Notes: generated by a model from the letters alone, not told the origin. Positions 38,531-48,162 are shown, counted from the first letter of the stretch. The stretch: 64,000 nt of DNA from Alkalispirochaeta sp. (GCA_965242725.1 CBDESZ010000016.1:128001-192000), one strand, 5' to 3'. Translations and numbers: made by a program.

Positions 38531-39379
38531 ATGACGAATTTCCTTTCGTTGGCCGAGCTTGAGTCGCGTCAAATCTCCGATATTCTGGCCGTCGCGAACG
38601 CGTTTCGCCGGAATCCCGTCGGGGACGATCTGGCGGGGAAAACGGCAGTGTTGTTCTTTCCGGAATCGAGTATTCGAACTCGAATTGCATTTGAGCAGGC
38701 GGTTTACAACCTTGGTGGAAATTCGATCCTTTTTCCTCCTGATGCCCTCGACAAGAAAGAAGAGATAAGGGACGTCGCGGGTTATATGGACAACTGGATC
38801 GATCTTGCGGTCATCCGACACGCCGATATTGAGAAACTTCGTTCCGTCGCCCGCTACGCCGGATTCCCGGTGGTGAATGCAATGACGTCGAACAACCATC
38901 CCTGCGAGATTCTTTCGGACTATTTCGGCATCAGTTTGATCAGACAGGACACCGACAAGCTTCGTTATACCTTTGTCGGTCCCGCCGGCAATATCCTCGG
39001 GAGCTGGATCAATCTCGCGGCAGTGATGAATCTGAAACTGGTTCATGTTTGCCGCGACGGCGAACGGGTCATGCCGGACTCCGCAAACTACACGTTCACC
39101 ACTGATCTGGAATCGGTGTTACCGGAAAGCGATGTGATTTTGACCGATCCGCTTCCACCGAGTTTTCAGAATGAATCGTATTATCAGTCGTACCGGATTA
39201 CGTCGCGTCATCTTGCCCTCCTCCCGGACGGCGCCATAGTAAATCCATGTCCGCCGTTTTATAGAGGGGAAGAGATCTCGGAAGAAGTGATCGCTTCGCC
39301 CCGGTTTGTGGGATACGGGTTCAAGAAGAACCTGTTGTATGTTCATCAGGCGATAATCCGGTATTGCCTGGTTACGTGA
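38531..39379 (+). CDS. Divergent ornithine/aspartate carbamoyltransferase-family protein
   Basis: FPESSIRTR, VVNA...HPCE, NPCPP...RGEEI; motifs are altered relative to STRT/HPCQ/HCLP. Confidence 0.85.
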   Translation: MTNFLSLAELESRQISDILAVANAFRRNPVGDDLAGKTAVLFFPESSIRTRIAFEQAVYNLGGNSILFPPDALDKKEEIRDVAGYMDNWIDLAVIRHADIEKLRSVARYAGFPVVNAMTSNNHPCEILSDYFGISLIRQDTDKLRYTFVGPAGNILGSWINLAAVMNLKLVHVCRDGERVMPDSANYTFTTDLESVLPESDVILTDPLPPSFQNESYYQSYRITSRHLALLPDGAIVNPCPPFYRGEEISEEVIASPRFVGYGFKKNLLYVHQAIIRYCLVT

Positions 39380-39537
39380 CACGATTCGGAGCACGTACAG
39401 TCGGGGTATGTGACGTCGCGCGCTACGGGACGGATCGCTTGAAACAGGTGATGCGCAGGTTATTCCGGCGGAAATACCTGAACTGTTGTTTCGTTACCAT
39501 ACAACGTCTCGCCCGTGCGTTAATCGGCAAAGTTTAG

Positions 39538-39975
39538 TCAATCAACGATCACATCGTCCGCGCCAAATCCGTCATTCGCAGGATCGATTTCCAGCTTGAG
39601 GATCTTCCAGATATCCTTTCCGTCTTCTTTCATGGTGAAACGGATATCAGTATCTGTGCCATATGTGGTACTGGATATTGTACTCGTTACAATCTCGCCG
39701 GAAATATTCAACGTCGAAAGAGAATGGTTGCTGTCCTGGAAGTCACTGCTCCAGAAATTCGCTGTTTTGCCTTGGTCGTACTTCGCCGCATCCGGATGGA
39801 TATGTTTGTACATGTTGCTGTAGTTGCCGTTGTTGGCGTCGGAAATGAACATGTCTATTCGCTCGGAGATCGACACGCTTTCCACTTCCGGCATCGGACA
39901 GGCGAAAAATAACGAAGAACCAAAAACGACGATCGCGATATAGAGTAATACGTGTACGGTGATGCGCTTTTTCAT
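39538..39975 (-). CDS. Putative lipoprotein (possibly NTF2-like)
   Basis: Signal peptide ending in FFAC; WKILK C-terminal strand. Confidence 0.7.
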   Translation of the reverse strand: MKKRITVHVLLYIAIVVFGSSLFFACPMPEVESVSISERIDMFISDANNGNYSNMYKHIHPDAAKYDQGKTANFWSSDFQDSNHSLSTLNISGEIVTSTISSTTYGTDTDIRFTMKEDGKDIWKILKLEIDPANDGFGADDVIVD

Positions 39976-39983
39976 GAATGCTC

Positions 39984-41024
39984 CTAAATATCGGCTTCTA
40001 CCAGTTGCGGAACGATGCCTTCTTCAAACCGCTCGAGGAAGACATGATACTGAGCGAGGAAATCCTGGTATACCGGATTATCCCGATCCAGTATATAACG
40101 CGTAGACAGCTCTACATACATTTTGCCGAGAACATACCGTCTCAGGGACAAGGCAGACAACGCATTGTACCGATAGTTGAGAACGACGGTCCTGTTGCGG
40201 GCGTTCATGTTGAGCAATTCCTGTCGGAGCGCTTCCCGTTCTTCTCCCTGTTCCATTTCCGTAACACGCTGGTACAGATCTTCCCGCTCGGCGCTGAACT
40301 CTTCATAGAGTTCATAGTATTCCCTGTTCCCTGCGATGAACTCATCCAATGAAGAAATCAGTGCGGCTGTTCCTTCAGAGGGTTTTTCAAGATAGCTCTT
40401 CAGCTGCTGTGCGTTCCAGTCGCTGAAGTCAATCGTCCTGCCCAACCACTCAAATTTCTCCCCCGGCGGCCCTCCGGGCGGGACTTCCACGCCTTCGTTC
40501 TGGGCGAGGCTCACCGTCTCGCCGGCGGAGGTGATGTCCACGAGGCCCGTTTCAACCAGAAAGAGACTGGCGCCGTTGGCGCCGGCGTAGACGGTGACTT
40601 CCGTGCCCCTGACGGCGGCGACGACGGAGGCGGTGCCGATGATCGGCTCCTCCCGTCCGGCAAGGCGGCGGAAGCGGTAGCCCACCGCGCCGGTGCTGTT
40701 GCTCATGACCTGGCGGCGCCGCCCGTCCCGTTCTATCTCCCGGATGGTGAAGACCGTGTCCGGATGGACGCGGATGAGGGCGGCGGCGCCCTGCTCCAGC
40801 TCCGCGTAGTCGGCCCGTCCGGTGACCACACTGTCACCGGCGCCAAGGACGCTGCCGAAGTCCAGCTGCTGTGTACCGCCCCCGGCGGTGCGGTGCTGCG
40901 GCTCCCCTTCCAGGTACGCCACCGATGTTTCCTGGGCAAGGGCGGGTGCGGCCGACAGTAACGCGAGGAGCGCGGCCATGACGAGGGCGCCCGGCGTTCG
41001 GTCTTTGATATTCAGATTATTCAT
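39984..41024 (-). CDS. Exported FecR-domain protein with a C-terminal helical region
   Basis: Signal peptide APALAQ; GDSVVTG, VAAVRGT, LVETG. Confidence 0.82.
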   Translation of the reverse strand: MNNLNIKDRTPGALVMAALLALLSAAPALAQETSVAYLEGEPQHRTAGGGTQQLDFGSVLGAGDSVVTGRADYAELEQGAAALIRVHPDTVFTIREIERDGRRRQVMSNSTGAVGYRFRRLAGREEPIIGTASVVAAVRGTEVTVYAGANGASLFLVETGLVDITSAGETVSLAQNEGVEVPPGGPPGEKFEWLGRTIDFSDWNAQQLKSYLEKPSEGTAALISSLDEFIAGNREYYELYEEFSAEREDLYQRVTEMEQGEEREALRQELLNMNARNRTVVLNYRYNALSALSLRRYVLGKMYVELSTRYILDRDNPVYQDFLAQYHVFLERFEEGIVPQLVEADI

Positions 41025-41503
41025 GGTCGGCCCTCCTCCGGTCCGGTGAATCCGAAGATCCGGGGCAGCGGGCGTATGCGTCCGATGTGGTCGCCGGTGA
41101 CGATGAGGAAGGTGCCGTGAGTGGTGTCGACCCGGGCGAGGCCGGGGTCGGGGGCGGCGTACTTCTCAAACCAGACGCGGGCGTCCATGGTGTCCGCAAA
41201 CTGAAGGTAGGTGGCGTCGGTGACCGGTCCCAGCTCTTCTATGGTGGCGTCGTGGAAGGTGAAACCCGCCTCCCGCAGGTTGGCCCACATCGTGCGTACG
41301 TCCGATTCCAGGATGACGATTTCGCCGTCCAGGAGGAAGGGGCGAGCGGTGAGCTCCATGAGACGGTCCGGCTCCGCCGTGTTGAGCTCCGTGATGAGCC
41401 GCTCCACCCGGTCGTCCCGCTGTGCAACGGGGACGGTGGTGCACGAGGCGGCAAGAATCGCCAGGCCCACAAGGACAACTATGACCGGTGCGTGTTTTAT
41501 CAT
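41021..41503 (-). CDS. Putative lipoprotein
   Basis: LAASC lipobox; high GC3 codon bias; overlaps the next gene by 4 bp. Confidence 0.72.
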   Translation of the reverse strand: MIKHAPVIVVLVGLAILAASCTTVPVAQRDDRVERLITELNTAEPDRLMELTARPFLLDGEIVILESDVRTMWANLREAGFTFHDATIEELGPVTDATYLQFADTMDARVWFEKYAAPDPGLARVDTTHGTFLIVTGDHIGRIRPLPRIFGFTGPEEGRP

Positions 41504-41597
41504 GTTGGTCAGGAGCATAGACCGGCGGGGACGGCTTTTCAAGTTTTTCCGGTCACCACGTCGCAGGTACGGTCACTTCATGGTACGATTTCCGGAA

Positions 41598-42167
41598 ATG
41601 GCGGTGGTATTCGTGCGCCTCTTCCAGGAACTCAATGAATATATTCTTCCCGCTCTTCGCCGGGAGCGCATGAAGAGGCGGTTCCCCCTTGAGGTCGAAC
41701 GTGACACGACGATCGCATCACTCCTCATGCGTCTCGGCGTGCCCCTGGCGGAAGTTGACCTGATTACCGTGGACGGCGAGTCCGTTGCACCTGACTTCAC
41801 TCCCGCCGACGGTGCGGAGGTGAACCTCTATCCCGTCTTTGAACGCTTTGATGTTGGTGGGGTGAGCCGTATCCGGTCGGCACCGCTGCGGGTGTCGCGC
41901 TTTGAGCTGGACGCCGGTCTGGAGGAGCTTGCACGTCTGCTGCGGGAGGGTGGTTTTGACGCCGAGCTTCGTACGCCCCATGACCGGCCCGGCCTTATTG
42001 AGCGCGCGCGGCGTGAACACCGGATCGTCCTGAGCCGGGACCCCGACCTGGTTCATGACGGGTCCCTGACCCACTTTATACGGATTCACGCCATCGACTC
42101 CCGGCGGCAACTGGCGGAAGTGCTGTCACGGCTGCAGCTGGATGACCACGGCTGCGTTCCGCTTTAG
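41598..42167 (+). CDS. Ub-Mut7C plus truncated Mut7-C (PIN) RNase-domain protein
   Basis: LGVPLAEVDLITVDG, VNLYPVFE, RFELD..L..LARLLR..GFD, RIVLSRD; no C-terminal zinc ribbon. Confidence 0.8.
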   Translation: MAVVFVRLFQELNEYILPALRRERMKRRFPLEVERDTTIASLLMRLGVPLAEVDLITVDGESVAPDFTPADGAEVNLYPVFERFDVGGVSRIRSAPLRVSRFELDAGLEELARLLREGGFDAELRTPHDRPGLIERARREHRIVLSRDPDLVHDGSLTHFIRIHAIDSRRQLAEVLSRLQLDDHGCVPL

Positions 42168-43180
42168 GGGAAGGAGATTTCCCGGGAGTTCCTGAGTTCT
42201 CTGATTTTCTCCACCGACAACTGCGCTCCCACCTGCTGAATGATCACCTCCGCAAGGTAGACGGCCATGCGGCCCGCATGGACGGCATCGGCCCCACCCG
42301 CGAGGGCGGCGAGGAACCCCGCGGCAAACATGTCCCCCGCGCCGGTGGTATCGAGAACGTTGACGGGCCGGCCCGGTACCGTTGAGGTCCGCAGGCTCCC
42401 GCCGGTGTTTTCAATGACGACGGCGCCCTCCTTCCCCGTCTTGAGGGCGGCGATGCGGACGTGTTCTCCCAGGGCGTCCACCAGTTCCGCCGGATCTGAA
42501 GTGCCGAAGAGGATGTGAGCCTCCTTCCGGTTGGCGAAGACGATGTCCACGTCCTCCCTGAGGAGGGCGAGAAAGTCGCTGCGGTAGCGTTCCACCGCAA
42601 AGGGGTCCGCCACGTCAAAGACGACGGCCGTCCCGGCGTCCCGGGCAACGCTGATCGCCCGTCGTATCGCCGCCTTCTGCACCTCCGTATCCCACATGTA
42701 TCCGGTGAAATAGAGGAACCCTGCGGTTTTGAGAAGCTCTTCATCGAGATCTCCGACGCCGAACTCCTGACACATGCCGAGGTGGGTGTTCATCGTTCGC
42801 TCTCCGTCGGGCGTGACGAGAATGATGCTTGATCCGGTCGGACCGTGACCCATAATGAGACGGGAGGTGATGCCGTACGCTTCAACCTGCCGTGTGTAGG
42901 CTCTGCCGAACTCGTCATTGCCGATCTTCCCGCAGATCACCGCGGGCACACCGAGCCCCGCCACCGCGAGAAGGGTGTTGGGCGCCGAGCCGCCGGGACG
43001 CAGAATCGGTTCCGTCCCGCTGAAGTACGCGAGGATTTCCTCCTGCCGCGCCCGGTCCACGAGATGCATGATGCCCTTGTCCAGTGAAAGGTTTGCGAGA
43101 TCGTCGTCCTGTGCGTGAAAGACCACATCGATGAGGGGATTGCCGATCCCGAATACCGTTTGCATCGTAGTGCCGCCCAT
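42164..43180 (-). CDS. PfkB-family kinase (adenosine kinase-like)
   Basis: GNPLID, PGGSAPN, DGERTM, DTTGAGDMFAAG. Confidence 0.93.
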   Translation of the reverse strand: MGGTTMQTVFGIGNPLIDVVFHAQDDDLANLSLDKGIMHLVDRARQEEILAYFSGTEPILRPGGSAPNTLLAVAGLGVPAVICGKIGNDEFGRAYTRQVEAYGITSRLIMGHGPTGSSIILVTPDGERTMNTHLGMCQEFGVGDLDEELLKTAGFLYFTGYMWDTEVQKAAIRRAISVARDAGTAVVFDVADPFAVERYRSDFLALLREDVDIVFANRKEAHILFGTSDPAELVDALGEHVRIAALKTGKEGAVVIENTGGSLRTSTVPGRPVNVLDTTGAGDMFAAGFLAALAGGADAVHAGRMAVYLAEVIIQQVGAQLSVEKIRELRNSREISFP

Positions 43181-43250
43181 TGGGTCATCCTACGTGTTTT
43201 GACGGGGGGCAACAAGTTGGTAGACTCGGACCGTCGCCGCAAAGGGCAAT

Positions 43251-43279
43251 AAAAAACCCGGTACCATGAGGCACCGGGT
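43251..43279 (-). terminator. Rho-independent terminator
   Basis: ACCCGGTGCC-TCAT-GGTACCGGGT followed by a T run on the minus strand. Confidence 0.75.
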
Positions 43280-43326
43280 AAAGTGTCAGATTTCTGCGAT
43301 TCCACGCGTCATCGCATGGCGTCGCA

Positions 43327-43563
43327 TCAGTAGGATTCGTCTTCGTCCTCGGTTTCCTCGTCGGATTCCTCGGATTCATCCTCTTCCATGAAACGACCGT
43401 CCTGAGGACCGCCGGGATTCAGATACTCCAGATAGGAGTTATCCTCTTCCGGTCCGTCACTGCCGGATGAGCGCTCGGCGCGTTCCCGTCGCTTCTGTTC
43501 TTTCTTCTTCTTTTTATTGAGCTCGCGTCTGCGTTTATCTCCGCTATAGTTATTACGCGCCAT
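43327..43563 (-). CDS. Small protein with basic N-terminus and acidic C-terminus
   Basis: NYSGDKRRRELNKKKKKEQK; follows the RRM gene closely and precedes a terminator. Confidence 0.72.
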   Translation of the reverse strand: MARNNYSGDKRRRELNKKKKKEQKRRERAERSSGSDGPEEDNSYLEYLNPGGPQDGRFMEEDESEESDEETEDEDESY

Positions 43564-43568
43564 TCCGC

Positions 43569-43922
43569 TCAGTATGCCCCGAAATCACCGCGACCTCCGT
43601 CACGATGACCTCCGCGACCGCCGCCGTAACCGCCGCGACCGCCGCCGCGTCGACCACCGCCGCCGCCGCCTTCAGTGCGGGGTTGAGCTTCGTTTACCCG
43701 AAGGGGACGCCCGTCGAGGTCGGCGCCATTCATCCGCTCGATGGCGGTTTCCGCTGCTTCGTCGTCTTCCATTTCCACAAATCCGAAGCCACGGCTCCGA
43801 CCGGTGTCACGGTCCATTACGATCCGCGTGTCCGTTACGTTTCCGAATTCTGAGAATGCGGCGCGAAGACCTTCTTCTTCAGTCCGAAAGTTGAGATTGC
43901 CCACATAGAGCGTTTTAGCCAT
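43569..43922 (-). CDS. RRM RNA-binding protein with a Gly/Arg-rich tail
   Basis: RNP2 LYVGNL, RNP1 [18 protein letters not shown]. Confidence 0.95.
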   Translation of the reverse strand: MAKTLYVGNLNFRTEEEGLRAAFSEFGNVTDTRIVMDRDTGRSRGFGFVEMEDDEAAETAIERMNGADLDGRPLRVNEAQPRTEGGGGGGRRGGGRGGYGGGRGGHRDGGRGDFGAY

Positions 43923-44137
43923 TGATCCTTCCTCCTTGGATCGCAGGGGCTGGACAGCGGATGGTACCGGAACATACACACGACGGAACAGCGTCTAAGG
44001 CACGCCGGGGTCGCCATCAACCCCACATACAAATTTCGGTCCGTCGTGAATCGGCTATAAAATAGCTCTTCAAGCGTACCACGGGCAGTATGGGGCATTT
44101 TTTTCACCGTGACAAGTAAAATGTGATATTGTTACCC

Positions 44138-44467
44138 ATGGCCAACCAAAATCGCCGTCAGGAACCACGGTTTTACATCTCACAGCTCATAGAAATGAGT
44201 TTCGGCAAGGAACGGTGGGTCCGCGCGACCGCACTGGATATCAGCCGCCACGGTTTCAGGGGACGCCTGTCCGACGAGATCGATCCCGGATCGGCGATGT
44301 TTGTCCTCTTTCATCTGGAAGATGAGGCGGTTCAGGTCGAAGCTATCGCGATGCACGTATCCAAAAATGAGGACGGGACCACCGACGTGGGTTTTCAGTT
44401 TACCACGGTGGACGAACGCGCCCGCACGGTGCTGGATTCATTTATAGACAACCTCGCAGGGGAATAA
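44138..44467 (+). CDS. PilZ-domain c-di-GMP receptor
   Basis: RxxxR (RQEPR) and DxSxxG (DISRHG). Confidence 0.85.
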   Translation: MANQNRRQEPRFYISQLIEMSFGKERWVRATALDISRHGFRGRLSDEIDPGSAMFVLFHLEDEAVQVEAIAMHVSKNEDGTTDVGFQFTTVDERARTVLDSFIDNLAGE

Positions 44468-44487
44468 TCCGGGGCGGCGCGGGTCGG

Positions 44488-45234
44488 TCAGTTTGTCCGA
44501 TCCAACGGACCGATCTCCGTCCAGTCTCCGATCTCCCGGTCCCACTTCCATAAAAAGCGTCTCGGCATATCCTCCGATACGGTAATGGCCAGCACCGTCG
44601 CCGACGGCCGGTCCCGGAGATAGAGGAAATCGTCATCCCGGTCGTACTCCTCCAGCCGCGGCGGGAGTCCCGCATCCTGGGTGAACCACATCGCACCACC
44701 GTCGTTCCATATCATGCCCGCACCGATGCGAAAAACGGCGTTCCGCAAATTATCGCGTCTCCCGTTGTCGGCGGACGTCGCGGCAGGCGCTGCGGAGGCG
44801 ATGAGCCGCTCCCTGAGAAGCGTGGCCGGGGTAATTCCCGACATGCGCTCGATTTCCGTTCCGTCGGGCCGGAGCAGAATCACCTCGGGTAATCGCTGTA
44901 CATTCCACTCCGCCGCGGCGGGATCGGTGTCGCTGATACGCACGGCGATCCATCCGCTCCGGATGAGGGCAGTCAACCCGGCGTCACTGAGGGAGTTTTC
45001 CTCAAACCACCGGCAGGGATCGCACCATACGCCGCCGGTGATCAGAAGAAGGACCGGTCGCTCCTCCCGTTGTACCTGATCAAGGGCTGCCCGGGGATCG
45101 TTGAGCCACTCCACCGACGATGTGCTTTGTGCCGGCGTTGCCGGAGGGAAGACGACTCCGGCGACTCCCGTGATCAGGACAAAGAGGGCCACAACCACGC
45201 CGTCAGGTGTTTTCTTTTTCTGTGCTTTCTTCAT
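44488..45234 (-). CDS. Exported thioredoxin-family protein
   Basis: TM/signal segment; WCDPC. Confidence 0.85.
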   Translation of the reverse strand: MKKAQKKKTPDGVVVALFVLITGVAGVVFPPATPAQSTSSVEWLNDPRAALDQVQREERPVLLLITGGVWCDPCRWFEENSLSDAGLTALIRSGWIAVRISDTDPAAAEWNVQRLPEVILLRPDGTEIERMSGITPATLLRERLIASAAPAATSADNGRRDNLRNAVFRIGAGMIWNDGGAMWFTQDAGLPPRLEEYDRDDDFLYLRDRPSATVLAITVSEDMPRRFLWKWDREIGDWTEIGPLDRTN

Positions 45235-45308
45235 CGGACCGCTGCTCCCCCAATAGTATACTCCATCGCCCGGTGCCGGCGGGGCGCCGTATTCAGAGCC
45301 CGGCGCCG

Positions 45309-45905
45309 TCAGTCCAGAGATGTCCTGCCCCGGAAGCTCCGCGCCAGGGTCAGACGATCGGCGTACTCGAGATCCCCGCCGACGGGGAGTCCCAGGGCGA
45401 GGCGGGTCACCCTGATTTCCCGCTGTTCCAGTTGTCGCGCCACGTACAGCGCCGTCGTGTCGCCTTCCACCGTGGGATTGGTGGCGATAATCACCTCGTT
45501 GACCCCTTCCGACGAAACCCGGGAGAGAAGCTCACGAATGGTCAGATCATCGGGACCGACACCCTCGATGGGGGCAATGACCCCCCCAAGTACGTGGTAG
45601 AGACCGTGGTACTCGTGACTCGCCTCGAGGGCGGCAACATCCTGCGGCTGTTCAACCACACAGATCGTCGCCCGGTCCCGTCCGGGATCGGTACAAATTG
45701 AACACGGATCGGTTTCGGTATAGCTGCCGCAGCGGGAACAGCGGATGATCGACTCGTGGAGGGTGTGAATGAGCGTCGCCAGCCGCTGGGCGTCACTTTG
45801 ATTTCCCTTCAGCAGGGCATAGGAAATTCTCGTAGCGCTCTTCTTTCCCAGTCCGGGAAGGCGGGAAATGGCCTGTATCAGCTGCTCAAGCGTGTTCAGG
45901 GCCAT
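45309..45905 (-). CDS. recR: Recombination mediator RecR
   Basis: LPGLGKKSA, C4 zinc finger, Toprim IATNPTVEGD. Confidence 0.97.
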   Translation of the reverse strand: MALNTLEQLIQAISRLPGLGKKSATRISYALLKGNQSDAQRLATLIHTLHESIIRCSRCGSYTETDPCSICTDPGRDRATICVVEQPQDVAALEASHEYHGLYHVLGGVIAPIEGVGPDDLTIRELLSRVSSEGVNEVIIATNPTVEGDTTALYVARQLEQREIRVTRLALGLPVGGDLEYADRLTLARSFRGRTSLD

Positions 45906-45911
45906 GGCAGA

Positions 45912-46232
45912 TCACGTGCCGCCGAACATGCCCGGCGTGATGGGAAGTCCGCCGGTGAGGGACGAGAGGTTTTCCTGTATGGACGCCCTGATCTTGGCCA
46001 CCCCGTCGTTGTGGGCTGCGCGGATGAGGTCCTGGAGCATCTCCTTGTCGTCGGGATCGATCACTTCCGGAGCGATCTCGACATTGAGGACGGTAAACTC
46101 CCCGTTCATCTCAAGTCGGACCATGTCGCCTCCCGCCGTACCGGTGACACGGGTTTCCCGCAGTTTGCGTTGCGCCTCCTGCATCGTCTCCTGCAGCTGC
46201 CCCATATTCTTCAGCAAATCCATCGGATTCAT
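45912..46232 (-). CDS. ybaB: YbaB/EbfC nucleoid-associated protein
   Basis: GTAGGDMV, DKEMLQDLIRAA; lies between dnaX and recR. Confidence 0.95.
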   Translation of the reverse strand: MNPMDLLKNMGQLQETMQEAQRKLRETRVTGTAGGDMVRLEMNGEFTVLNVEIAPEVIDPDDKEMLQDLIRAAHNDGVAKIRASIQENLSSLTGGLPITPGMFGGT

Positions 46233-47890
46233 GATTGTTCCTCCACAATTTCGCCGCGGAAAACCTTCCGGACCATTTCCGCCTCTTCATCCACCTGCTT
46301 CGATGCTTCTTCGGGAACGTCGCGGAGGGTGGAAATCCGCACCGACAGGGTAGCCCGCTGCAGCTCATCCATCGCAGCGGCCTGGACTGAATCGCGGTCC
46401 GGCGACAGCGAGGATGCGCCGAAATCATCGGCAAAGGCAATCGTCAACGTCTCGTCGCTCAGACGCCACAGCCGGGCGCGGGCAAGCAGCGCAGCCACGC
46501 TGATTCGCTGAGTCCGAAATCGTCCGATAATCGCCTTGATCTGTTCCTGGGTTATCCCCGATGTCTCCGGGGGCAGGTCGAAATCCACCTCTTCGTCGGC
46601 TTCCTCTTCCCGGGACGCCGTCGGCGGTTCCTGACCGTCAGGGGATTGTCCCGGTTCGTCATCATTTCCATCCCGAACTGCCGACTGCGGGCCCACCTGA
46701 CGATCCGCAGGGGATGTCGAGCCTGTGCGGTGCCGGTGCGCTCCTTCATGGAGGAGTTCCTGCTGCAGGTCCCGCACCTCCTTGACGAGGCGTTGCGGTG
46801 CCATCAGTTCCAGGAGGGAACAGAGGCGGCTCACCGCCAGCTCCAAATCAAAGCGTTGATTGATGGAGTAGCGCAGATCGCGGTAGAGCTGCAGCACGAT
46901 CTCGTTGGCCTGTTCCAGCTGATACCGGTCAAAACCGGTGCGAACCGCCTCGGGAATGCGTTCCACATTGATGCCGAGAATCGCCTCCCTGGTGATGCCG
47001 TTGGCGACGAGGAGAAGAGTCCGCAGGTAGTCGGCAAGGTCTATGGTGAAGCGCTCAACGGGAACCCCCGACTGGAGGGCGTCGTCCACGATTTTCAGTG
47101 CATCCGCCGACGCACCGGAAACGATCGCCCGGGCGAGCGAGTTGAGCCGCTCGAGACCGAGAAGTCCCAACTTCTCGTGAATGATTTCAAGACGCACATG
47201 CTTGTCCGAAAAGGCGACGACCTGATCAAAAAGGGTGTAGGCGTCCCGGAGACTTCCCGTCGCCTCTCGCGCGATCCACGAGAGGGCGTCCTCATCGGCC
47301 TTGATTCCCAGATCATTGGCCGCGGCGACGAGCATGGTTCGAATATCTTCCATGGGAATGAGACGAAAATTGAACTGCTGACAACGACTGCGAATCGTCG
47401 CGGGCACTTTATGTATTTCCGTGGTGGCGAAGATGAAAATGATGTAAGGCGGCGGTTCCTCAATCGTCTTCAAGAGCGCGTTGAATGCGCTGTTGGAGAG
47501 CATGTGAACCTCGTCGATGATGTAGATCTTGTACCGGGACGAGTTGGGAGCAAAGAGCACCTCGTCCTTGATTTCCCGGACGTCGTTGACACTTGTGTTG
47601 GAGGCACCGTCGATTTCAATGACGTCCAGAGCGGTTCCCCGGGCGATCTCTTCACTCCCGGACCACTCCTCGCACCCGTCGGCATTGGGGCCGTCGGGGC
47701 AGTTGAGCGCCTTGGCGAGAATGCGGGCGGCACTTGTCTTTCCCACGCCGCGGGGTCCGGAAAAGAGAAAGGCGTGGGCGATACGGCCCGATTTGAGACT
47801 GTTTTTCAGGGTGGCAACGACAAACTCCTGACCCACGAGTTCGTCAAATCGTTTAGGTCGTCTTCGTGTCGCCGTTACTTCATAACTCAT
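46229..47890 (-). CDS. dnaX: DNA polymerase III subunit gamma/tau
   Basis: GPRGVGKT, EIDGASN, IIDEVHML, TIRSRC. Confidence 0.97.
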   Translation of the reverse strand: MSYEVTATRRRPKRFDELVGQEFVVATLKNSLKSGRIAHAFLFSGPRGVGKTSAARILAKALNCPDGPNADGCEEWSGSEEIARGTALDVIEIDGASNTSVNDVREIKDEVLFAPNSSRYKIYIIDEVHMLSNSAFNALLKTIEEPPPYIIFIFATTEIHKVPATIRSRCQQFNFRLIPMEDIRTMLVAAANDLGIKADEDALSWIAREATGSLRDAYTLFDQVVAFSDKHVRLEIIHEKLGLLGLERLNSLARAIVSGASADALKIVDDALQSGVPVERFTIDLADYLRTLLLVANGITREAILGINVERIPEAVRTGFDRYQLEQANEIVLQLYRDLRYSINQRFDLELAVSRLCSLLELMAPQRLVKEVRDLQQELLHEGAHRHRTGSTSPADRQVGPQSAVRDGNDDEPGQSPDGQEPPTASREEEADEEVDFDLPPETSGITQEQIKAIIGRFRTQRISVAALLARARLWRLSDETLTIAFADDFGASSLSPDRDSVQAAAMDELQRATLSVRISTLRDVPEEASKQVDEEAEMVRKVFRGEIVEEQS

Positions 47891-47944
47891 TCGAACCTCC
47901 CGCCGACGCGTCCGGCAGCGGTACCGGGATTGCGCGAAAAAAAA

Positions 47945-48068
47945 CCCCTCCAGCTCCACCCAAGCGTTCTGCGGCACAGGCGCCGTCGCTTACCGCTGCT
48001 TCCTTCCGGATCTGACGGGGTTGGGCGACAACGACTTGCACAGGGCCCAGGCTTCAACACCGAAGGGG
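47945..48068 (-). ncRNA. ffs: Signal recognition particle RNA (small bacterial type)
   Basis: Conserved CAGATCCGGAAGGAAGCAG core; closing stem CCCCTTCGG/CTGGAGGGG followed by a T run; upstream of dnaX. Confidence 0.9.
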
Positions 48069-48074
48069 CAAAAA

Positions 48075-48162
48075 CGGAGAGAGGGGGATTCGAACCCCCG
48101 GTACCCGGTTAGGGTACAAACGCTTTCCAAGCGTTCACCTTCGGCCACTCGGTCATCTCTCC
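48075..48162 (-). tRNA. tRNA-Ser(GGA)
   Basis: Cloverleaf with AACGC-TTGGAAA-GCGTT, long variable arm, GTTCGAATC; CCA not encoded. Confidence 0.96.

Noticed and set aside
38435..39530. Transcarbamylase gene as another cassette, or an intI remnant here
   Set aside because: No matching core/inverse-core pair or attC hairpin flanks it, and there are no tyrosine recombinase motifs in any listed ORF.
46229..47890. E. coli-type programmed -1 frameshift in dnaX
   Set aside because: No AAAAAAG slippery site or long A run was seen at the expected position.
46646..48112. Long antisense ORFs (this 488-aa one; also 10223-11455, 14936-15988, 60935-62152 and similar)
   Set aside because: Shadow frames of well-supported genes in GC-rich DNA, with no recognisable motifs.
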